Position numbers and translations under genes: made by a program. The notes beneath the pieces are model-generated. The model saw only the letters and a list, made by a program, of their open reading frames with translations, had not been told where the DNA came from and made no database searches. Below are positions 56,084 to 64,000 of a stretch of 64,000 bases of DNA, one piece after another. The DNA comes from Eledone cirrhosa (Eukaryota): assembly GCA_964016885.1 (NCBI GenBank), contig OZ024741.1, positions 12,462,001 to 12,526,000 of the forward strand, read 5' to 3'. Each line of letters opens with the position of its first letter. The first letter of the stretch is position 1.

Positions 56084-56803
56084 CAGAAGTGTGTTTTTAC
56101 TGCTCAGCTAAGGTGACACTAACTAAAAGACTGCTGAGGGCCAGAGGTGTGTTTTTACTGCTCAGCTAAGGTGACACTAACTAAAAGACTGCTGAGGGCC
56201 AGAGGTGTGTTTTTACTGCTCAGCTAAGGTGACACTAACTAACAGACTGTTGTAGGCCAGAGGTGTGTTTTCACTGCTCAGCTAAGGTGACACTAACTAA
56301 CAGACTGTTGTAGGCCAGAGGTGTGTTTTTACTGCTCAGCTAAGGTGACACTAACTAACAGACTGTTGTAGGCCAGAGGTGTGTTTTTACTGCTCAGCTA
56401 AGGTGACACTAACTAAAAGACTGCTGAGGGCCAGAGGTGTGTTTTTACTGCTCAGCTAAGGTGACACTAACTAACAGACTGTTGTAGGCCAGAGGTGTGT
56501 TTTCACTGCTCAGCTAAGGTGACACTAACTAACAGACTGTTGAGGACCAGAGGTGTGTTTTCACTGCTCAGCTAAGGTGACACTAACTAACAGACTGTTG
56601 TAGGCCAGAGGTGTGTTTTCACTGCTCAGCTAAGGTGACACTAACTAACAGACTGTTGTAGGCCAGAGGTGTGTTTTCACTGCTCAGCTAAGGTAATACT
56701 AACTAACAGACTGTTGAGGACCAGAGGCTTGTTGCCACTACTCAGCTAAGGTGACACTGACAGACTGCTGAGGACCAGAGGTGTCTTTCCACTGCTCACC
56801 TAA
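56084..56803. repeat. 58-bp tandem array (~12 copies, degenerate edges)
   Basis: Monomer AGAGGTGTGTTTT(T/C)ACTGCTCAGCTAAGGTGACACTAACTAA(A/C)AGACTG...CC; TGCTCAG recurs at 56101, 56159, 56217 and onward. A degenerate unit precedes it from ~56020. Confidence 0.95.
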
Positions 56804-57135
56804 AGCACTTTTCATTTTCATTTCAATCTTTCTGCAGTGACTATAACTTCAGTTTATTGTGAAAATTTTGTAAATATTATTTTGCATTCATTTATTTATT
56901 CAATCATAATGCCCTGCTAGACAGGCCATCTCTTCCATTTTCTCACATATACCAACCTCACCTTGGACGTGATCTCAATACTAAAAAAAGAATTATTGTT
57001 ATTACACTGCGATTGCTTTCAGATCAGTAGGACAACATTCATTATGGTATTTAAATATTTAGTATGGGCTCTGTTAAGTTTTACATACCCAAGATACACC
57101 GTATATCACAGTATATTTACTGATAAAATGACAAG

Positions 57136-57197
57136 TCAGACAATCATATTGGTGGCCTCCCCACAGCCCCGGTGGACAGAATGGAGAAGGCGTTGGA
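57136..57197 (-). mobile_element. Short C-terminal fragment of the same family as relic B (relic D)
   Basis: 57153-57176 is the exact reverse complement of 54382-54405 (24 nt). Minus strand reads QRLLHSVHRGCGEATNMIV*. Confidence 0.65.
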
Positions 57198-57359
57198 CTA
57201 AAGTTAGAAAATCTCCATTATTTCACTTCCTCTGTGTTTCACCCTTCCCCACCAGAAACTATAAGACATGGCGAGCCTCTTAAATCACTGCATTCTATTG
57301 ACCTAGTTTATTGACGCTTTCTAATCTCTTTTCTATAACCTTCTTGAATGAATCGTTAA

Positions 57360-57600
57360 ACACATAAATATACATACATACACACATATACATACACATA
57401 CATACACATATATGCATACATGCATAGACATATATACATACACACACATACATTTATACACATACACATTCATGCATATACACACACATATACATACGTG
57501 CATATATACATATACATATACATACATACACACATACATACATGCATACGCACATACAGACACATACGCACACACACATACAGACACATACGCACACACA
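57360..57600. repeat. Compound (CA)/(TA)/(CATA) microsatellite
   Basis: Direct reading; a similar tract lies at ~57850-57942. Confidence 0.95.
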
Positions 57601-58009
57601 TTCCAATATACAGTCTTGCAAATACACAAACTTACTCAAGTATACGAATTTATATTCACGTATATATACACATGTTCAATTTTACAAACATTATACACAA
57701 ATCCATAAATCCATATATATATCTACTCAAATTTACAAGCTTAGATACATACACACACACATTGAGGCAGGGTAGGGGAGGCTGACTGGGTCGTAGCCGG
57801 GGGGGGGGGATAATATTTTAAAGCCCCAAATACATTTGTTTACTATTATAATATATACATATATACATTAGATTACATAAACATACATACACTCACACAT
57901 ACACATACACACTCACACACACACATACATACATACATACATGATGGCTGCCGCCACGTTATCGAGTATGGCCATTGCACGAAAAAAAGAAGAAAAAAAA
58001 ACAACATAA

Positions 58010-58215
58010 TAACGACAATAATAATAATAATAATTGTTTCTACTTTTGGCACAAGGCCAGCAATTATCCAGTACATTACTGGTACTTTATTTTATCGACC
58101 CCGTAAGGATGAAAGGCAAAGTTAACCTCGGCGGGATTTGAACTCAGAACATAAAGGGCCGTAGCTATGCTGGAAAGCATGTCCCAGCCTCTACCGATAC
58201 TGCCAATCCACCGCC
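58010..58215 (-). mobile_element. Near full-length tRNA-derived SINE with (ATT)n tail
   Basis: Minus strand starts GGCGGTGGATTGGCAGTATCGG (A-box-like), has B box GTTCAAATCC and core CATCCTTACGGGGTCGATAAAATAAAGTACCAGT, and ends GAAACAATTATTATT. Confidence 0.88.
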
Positions 58216-58217
58216 CT

Positions 58218-58467
58218 TAATAATAATAATAATGATTTCTTTATTAACCACAAGGGTTGACATAAAGTATACATTAAGGACAGTGCAGGACGGTACAAAT
58301 GGGCATTTCTGCGTGTAAAGAACAAAAACAGAGGATGTAACATAAAAATAACAATGAAAAATTCCCCAATAGGGGGAATTTTTCATGGTTATGTCCTTAA
58401 TGTCTACTTTATGTAAACCCTTGTGGTTAATAAAGAAATCATTATTATTATTATTATTATTATTATT
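58218..58467. repeat. Inverted repeat of the LINE 3' end
   Basis: 58234-58282 vs 58392-58440 match 47/49 in reverse complement. The central stem 58354-58367/58373-58386 is a perfect 14 bp. (AAT)/(ATT) tails lie outside both arms. Confidence 0.93.
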
Positions 58468-58568
58468 GGGGAGACTTCGGAGGGACATTTGTGGAGAAAG
58501 CCCAGTAAAAGGCCACAGTGACCCTGACCACCAAGGCAAGTGCCCTCTCCCAGTTTTCCACCTTTAAT

Positions 58569-59030
58569 TTACAGATACGTACTCAGAGTAGGCCCATTCA
58601 CTCGGGCCATTCTTGCTTCTCTCACCCAGTAGCCGGGTCCTCGTCTATGAAGCCTATCTAAGTCAAGCACACAGATCCCGAATTTGTGGTCCGTGTAGCT
58701 GACTATCTTGAATTGTGGACAGCCTATGCTAGACCTATCTATTTCCCTACAAAATACTCTATCTAGATATGATCTGGATGACCCTATTCGATTTGTCCAA
58801 GTCCACATTGGCACATTCGGGAAATCCAATCGGTACCTGTCAGACAGTTCAAACCGCCTGAGCAGGTTGGTGAGACTCTTGCACCCTCCTCCCCTATCCG
58901 CTAATCCCACACAGTCCCAGCGTGCATCTAAGATCCCGTTCCAGTCTCCCACTAACACTAAAGAGCGGGACGTTCCAAGAAAGGTCTCCAAGCCACGCGC
59001 ATTTATGCTGCCTATTCTGAGTGAGGTCAT
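58569..59030 (-). pseudogene. LINE ORF2 remnant: partial APE endonuclease fused to the probable extreme C-terminus
   Basis: Motifs LRIGSINARGL, LVLVGDWN, TWTN....SRSYLDRVF, TDH and GPGYW are present. The QET-containing N-terminal half and all RT motifs are absent. Confidence 0.88.
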
Positions 59031-61214
59031 GTTGAAATGGAGTGGAAAAGATGGGAAAGACCTCTTGCCGTACTTTTCGCAGAGGAAGGATGGTTTCTCC
59101 ATCCCTTTTCACTTGATCGTCTGGTGAAGGGACCGTTGAATCGTCCCTTCGGCTGGTCGTCGGTTCTTCTATGAGTATGTCCGAATATACTCTCCGGTTG
59201 AGAGTCCCTCCTAGGTCTCTGAAATCACCAACTACGTTGGGGAATTTCGTTTTAATGTTTGTGTATTGTTTCTGTGCTATTTTAACCAGTCTTATGTTCG
59301 TTGGCGTTTTGATTGGTGCTGCTATTATGTAGTCGTGCTGTGGAATGTCTGTGTGTTCAATTATGTAAGTCATTAGTTTCTTGTTGTGTGTATTTATTGC
59401 CGTGCATTTATTTTTCTGTGGGTGGGGTGTGGTTCTGCTATTTTCTTGTCGTTGTTGCTGGGTGTGTGTATTTTGTTGTTGTGTTTGCGATGTTGGTGCT
59501 TGTGGTGGTGGTGTTGAAGGTGTTGTTGTTGTTGTTGGCGGTGGGGTTGTCGCCGGTGGTGATGGTGGTGCTAGTGTGGGTGGTGATGCTGTTGGTGGTG
59601 TTGCTGCTGTGAGTCTCTTTGCAGTAGCCTTTACCCTTTTTTCATTTCTTTCCTCCCTTTTCGAAGGCGACGATGCGCTGCTTCTGCGTTTGTGCCTTCT
59701 TACGACCTTTTGCCATCCCTCTCCCACCTCACACTTCATGTCTGATTCTGTGAGGTCGGGGAGGGGTACCAGCTCCACTCTTTCACTTGTTGTTGTTGGT
59801 GATGTTTGCAGTGGAGTCTCTGTTGCAGCTGCATTTGGTATTACTGTTGTTGTTGTTAATACTTCCACTGCTGCTGTTCTTGATTTCCGTGGCGTGGGTA
59901 TGGGTGCCACGGACCTATCGTTCCTAGTTGCCGCTTGTCCTGTTGCTGGTAGCCGTGGAGCCGGTTTCGGAAGGAGGGGGTTTTTTCTCCTTTCTCAGGG
60001 TCTTCTCGTTGCAGAAGGCCCTGAGGTGAGTCTTCGATCCACAGCGAAAGCATTTCGGGCGTTTGCCCTCAACACTTATGGGCAGTTGAGTGCCGTTATC
60101 GAAGTCTATCACATCCGGGATAGCTTCGATGCACTCCTGGTTGGTTTGGATTAACATCTCAATGAAGGTGCCAACCCAATCTTCTCTTACTTTTTTCTGT
60201 ACTTGCAGTACAGTTGTTTTGTCCTCGATTCCGACGAGGACAGACGCGGCCAGCCAAGAAGGGTCCATCCCCGGGGGGGGGGGGGGGTCAGTTTGACCCT
60301 CACAATTTTTTGCCCGCAGTAGGAGGACACCAACACCATTTCCTCGCTCCTTATGGTCACTAAGGATTGAGCCTTTGCCTCCTGGGGTGTGGCAAAAAGC
60401 ACGTCTACGGTGGCATATTTCTTGCCTGGGTGATATGCGTTTTCCGCTGCCACACATACCGTAAGGCTTTTTGTATTTGAGCCTCTGTGGCTCTTTCAAC
60501 CCTACGGGATTTTGTGCTTACTGTACGGTACGTGACCGTACAGTGCTGTTGGGTTTCGAAACATTTTTCGGCTGCCTTGCAGATTGCTCGGTGTCCGATT
60601 TTCGTCACCATCTTCTTCGCTTCCTGTAATTCCTCACTTGTTATGAGGATGGTTTCCAGGTTCTTTGCGATACCTGCAAACGAGATTGGTTTTTCTTTGC
60701 TGCTGTTGTTGTTGTTGTTGTCGTCAGAGCTGCTGTTACTTTTGTTGTTGCTGCAGGTACTACGACTACTGCCGCCGCCGCTGTTGCTGTGGTTGTTGTT
60801 GTTGTTGCTACTGCTGCTGTTGTTGCTGTTGCTGCTAATGCTGTTGTTGTTTATGCTGCTGCTGATGCTGTTGCGGCTGCTACTGTTGGTTTCCTTGTCA
60901 CTGTTGCTGCTGCTGCTGTTATTACGGCTGCTACTGCTATTATTCATGACGACAGACGAATGAAATGGGTTTTCGGATTTACCGCACATCTTTTTCGTCG
61001 TTGTCGTCGTCGTGGAGAAATGTTCCATGTTTTGCACGTGATTTTGTAAACTATTTTTCTTTACTGGCGTCGCTTGCGAAAGAGAAGGGAGGGAGAGAGA
61101 CACATTTAGAGAAGGGAGGGAGAGAGACAATCTACTCTCTGCTGTAGTGACGATTGAGGAAGAAGAAGACGGAATGAGTGGGAGTGATTTGTGAAAATTC
61201 TTTTTCGTAGCCAT
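58894..61214 (-). pseudogene. LINE ORF1 (gag-like nucleic-acid-binding protein), split by about three frameshifts
   Basis: Consecutive overlapping minus-strand ORFs (61214-60405, 60453-60187, 60499-59924, 59910-58894). They contain an N/S-rich tract, the RRM-like segment GKKYATVDVLFATPQEAK, CX2CX4HX4C (CFRCGSKTHLRAFC) and a P/T/Q-rich tail. Confidence 0.82.
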
Positions 61215-61443
61215 GTTTTTTTTTTGGGGGGGGGGGGGGGGTAAAATAAATATTGGGCACAAAACCCCAATAAGCGGTTATTTAACCCCGAAGGGCCAAA
61301 TAACGGGCAGAAAGACCCCTCTCACGAGGAGGAGGGTGTTTTTGTTTACAATTTAGTTACAATTTTAAACAATTTACAATTGTTATAGCGGTCAAAATTT
61401 ACAATACCTTACAGAGCCGAGCCTCCGTCAACCATGGCGTTCA

Positions 61444-61444
<1 letters not shown>

Positions 61445-61504
<60 letters not shown>
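61445..61504. repeat. (TAA)20 microsatellite
   Basis: Perfect trinucleotide run abutting the LINE 5' end. Confidence 0.97.
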
Positions 61505-61864
61505 GGGAAGAAGACGCACGAGGTGACGGAAGGTCATGAAATCGCTCCCGTAAGTTTTGAATTTTTAACATATTTAAATCATTTGTGAAATAACAACTCT
61601 TAGTACAAATGCTACGTAAAGCACCCGGCTTGAACCCCCCAAAATTCGGACCCAAAATATATTGTTATAAGGCTCAAATATTCAAATATTCAACTTTGTA
61701 TTGTACATTGTATATTCAAAAAAGAAAATGACTATAAATGGAAGAAGAACCCCCTCCTCTGTCTACGCTATATAGAACAGCCAAACAACACCAGAAACTA
61801 GATACAACACCTACCTCATCACCTCTCTGTGTACACTAAACACAACAGCCAGATAACGGCAATT

Positions 61865-62100
61865 TCACCACCACCACTCACTACTGCCATCATTACCACC
61901 ACTATCCCATCACCGCCGCCACCACTCCTTCATTGCTACCACCGCTACAACACCATCACTACAGTAATACGATCACGTCACCACCACCACTGCCTCGGTA
62001 TCGACATCACCACCACCACTGTCTCAGTATCGATACCGCCGCTACTGTCTCCCACATCTCCCCGCCGCCACCACTCCTTCAATGCTACCACCACTATTCC
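61865..62100. repeat. (CCA/CAC)-rich low-complexity tract with internal ~30-bp duplication
   Basis: CCGCCGCCACCACTCCTTCA(T/A)TGCTACCACC at ~61913 and ~62062. Confidence 0.75.
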
Positions 62101-62342
62101 CCTGTTAACTTGAGAGAGAAAGGGGAAGGTGGCGGTATCACTAGACAAGGGAGAGGCTAGCAAAAGATATAAATAGATTGACTTAGTGACCTGGCCAAGG
62201 CCAAACGACAATATCAACAAATATGGGACTGCTGGCTCACCCCTTCCTCACCAACAATATAAAAAGCCCCGGCACCACCACCGACATAGCCAACAACAAT
62301 AACAGCCAACTACAACAAAAAGTATATTATATTATTGTAATG

Positions 62343-62392
62343 CACTGGGTGATTGCTGGCCTTGTGCCTGGAGTGGAGACAATTATTAATAA
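62343..62392 (+). mobile_element. Isolated 3' tail of the SINE family
   Basis: ACTGGGTGATTGCTGGCCTTGTGCCTGGAGTGGAGACAATTATT matches the reverse complement of ~58030-58073. Confidence 0.7.
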
Positions 62393-62474
62393 TTTCATTC
62401 TTAAGCCACGCAATGCTCACATTAAGGAACCACTCATGATAATAACAATTTAAAAAAAAACAACAAAAAGAAAA

Positions 62475-64000
62475 CCCCGTGACCAAGAAATACCGGGATG
62501 GCGGCCGGCGGGGAATAGCCGTGTCTCTAGGGGAGAACGACCCCTCTAGTCTTGGTTGACACTCGTTCTAGAAGTGGTAACACGAAATGATTACCCCTTG
62601 GCGGATAAGGATAAAACGCGAAAAAATAAAGTAAATGTCTAATGATAAAATCTCATACCGGATCGGCCGTCACCCGGGTAAAAAAGTGCCGCGTCGCTCA
62701 GAGAGGAACCAGACTGGGGTCGAAAAATCAGCTAATGGTTCAAACCTTCCCATCACTTCGGAGTTGGAGACCTCCCATAACCGGAATACTCCTACTGTTG
62801 GCCCTCCATGCTCACCACCAAGAAATCCAAAGAAAAAGAGAGAAAAATGGTCAAGGGAAGATAATAAAGAAGTCCTTGAGGCTTTCTACACTGCCATGTA
62901 CTACCCATCAAATACATCGAATACAGAACAGACATATATCAACTGGAAAAAGAAACATCCCGAAAACAGAGGCTATATTGACAGTAACAAACTAGCCAAT
63001 ATACGAAGAAATATTGTAAGAAAAAAGTTACTAACTGATATAGAAATTGATCAGATCAAGCTATTAGCACAAAGTCAGCGAAGGGAAAATGAAACATGTG
63101 TCAGTGAAAACGAGGTAAACTGTAACACTTCGAATCCCAGGGTTGGGGCGGAATCACTGGCAACAGAACAAATTAAAGAAAGGATCGAAAAAGTGGAGGG
63201 AGTGCATGCTCAGGATGAAACTCCAAATGAAAATAATGAGATTGTAAATGATAAGGAAATGAATGAGAATGAACTTGCCAACTTGAAGGATGAAATTATG
63301 ATCGAATGGATGAAAATGAAAGAATCTGACATGGGGCAACGAGACACCCTCCCTAAGATCCAGAACTCCAAACAGAACCAAAAGATAATACACAAGACTA
63401 ACATAATTCTCAAAAACATTATCATCACAAACAAACTAAACATTACTGATTTAAATCATCTCTATTATGCATCGGCTAAAGTCACCACTCACTTATGTGG
63501 AGTGAAGATGAAAAAACAAAGGAATTCCCACAAGAAATCTACTTGGCAAGAGAACATCAATCGCCAAATAAACCTTCTCCAATCTGACATAGAAATTTTA
63601 ACAAACTATAAAGTAGGTGAACATGTTAAACAAACTAAACTTAGAAAATTGAAAAAAAAGTACAGTATAAAATCAACATGTGACATAGACATGCTGATAG
63701 AAATAATCAAGCAAAAAGTGTCGGCCAAAGCTGCTCGTATAAGGCGCTTTGAAAAACGATCTAGATTCTATAAGGACAATAATATGTTCAAAAACAACCA
63801 AAGAAACTTCTACAGAAAAATTGGTAAGTCAACAATAACTGCTAAATCAATACCACCCAAGGAGGAAGTGCAAGAATTCTGGGAAAAGATCTGGGCCGAA
63901 GAAAAAGTTCATAACATACATGCCCCATGGATAGACAGACAAATGAAAGATACAGCTCACCTTGAGGAACAAATATGGGAAAATATAACAGTTGAACAGT
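62475..64000 (+). mobile_element. 5' part of R4/Dong-type RLE non-LTR retrotransposon
   Basis: GC-rich leader after an A-rich tract, followed by a long open frame with R4/Dong-like N-terminal motifs. Confidence 0.82.
62635..64000 (+). CDS. R4/Dong-type retrotransposon polyprotein, N-terminal ~455 aa (runs off window before the RT core)
   Basis: In-frame TAA at 62632, then ATG at 62635; no stop to the window end in my manual translation. Motifs: KWSREDNKEVLEAFY...W...KLANIRRNIVRKKLLTDIEI (Myb-like), DLNHLYYASA, KQKVSAKAARIRRF...NNMFKNNQRNFYR, PPKEEVQEFWEKIW...HNTHAPWI. Confidence 0.88.
   Translation, partial: MSNDKISYRIGRHPGKKVPRRSERNQTGVEKSANGSNLPITSELETSHNRNTPTVGPPCSPPRNPKKKREKWSREDNKEVLEAFYTAMYYPSNTSNTEQTYINWKKKHPENRGYIDSNKLANIRRNIVRKKLLTDIEIDQIKLLAQSQRRENETCVSENEVNCNTSNPRVGAESLATEQIKERIEKVEGVHAQDETPNENNEIVNDKEMNENELANLKDEIMIEWMKMKESDMGQRDTLPKIQNSKQNQKIIHKTNIILKNIIITNKLNITDLNHLYYASAKVTTHLCGVKMKKQRNSHKKSTWQENINRQINLLQSDIEILTNYKVGEHVKQTKLRKLKKKYSIKSTCDIDMLIEIIKQKVSAKAARIRRFEKRSRFYKDNNMFKNNQRNFYRKIGKSTITAKSIPPKEEVQEFWEKIWAEEKVHNIHAPWIDRQMKDTAHLEEQIWENITVEQ

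Larger units (their letters stand above)
58218..61444 (-). mobile_element. Tx1/L1-type LINE, both ends retained but internally deleted (no RT), flanked by (TAA)n
   Basis: 5' UTR, ORF1 with CCHC zinc knuckle, overlapping ORF2 with APE motifs, and 3' UTR with AATAAA and (ATT)n tail; only ~3.2 kb long. Confidence 0.88.

Noticed and set aside
51082-56803. Hammerhead-ribozyme satellite in the 70-bp or 58-bp arrays
   Set aside because: No CUGANGA...GAAA core found on either strand.
57333-58076. H/T/Y- and C/V/M-rich ORFs
   Set aside because: Translations of CA/TA microsatellites.
59313-61147. Plus-strand hydrophobic poly-L/V ORFs
   Set aside because: Antisense shadows of the low-complexity LINE ORF1.
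61314-61395. TCCTCGT loop in the LINE 5' UTR (minus strand) resembling HDV L3
   Set aside because: Candidate P1 has a mismatch and there is no P1.1 GG, P2 or J4/2; a simple hairpin explains it.
62642-63443. ORF-track entries 62642-62995 (+), 63154-63393 (-) and 63210-63443 (-)
   Set aside because: Alternative-frame or antisense shadows of the real ORF starting at 62635.

Overview
Eukaryotic, repeat-only window with no host protein-coding gene. It is probably from an octopod cephalopod, judged from remembered similarity of the tRNA-derived SINE rather than a search. Positions 1-50414 are one G/T-rich 43-bp satellite array (about 1,170 monomers) with multi-kb internal duplications. A 200-N scaffold gap follows, then a 35-copy 70-bp hairpin-forming array, a 58-bp array and microsatellites. 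The last 10 kb are dense with retroelements: four C-terminal relics of CRE-like restriction-like-endonuclease (RLE) non-LTR elements, SINE copies, and a ~3.2-kb minus-strand Tx1/L1-type LINE bounded by (TAA)n. That LINE has lost its RT domain and part of its APE endonuclease by in-frame deletions and carries an inverted copy of its own 3' end. An R4/Dong-type ORF, absent from the ORF track, is open from 62635 to the window end behind a structured 5' leader with partial HDV-ribozyme-like features. All family assignments come from motif recognition by eye.
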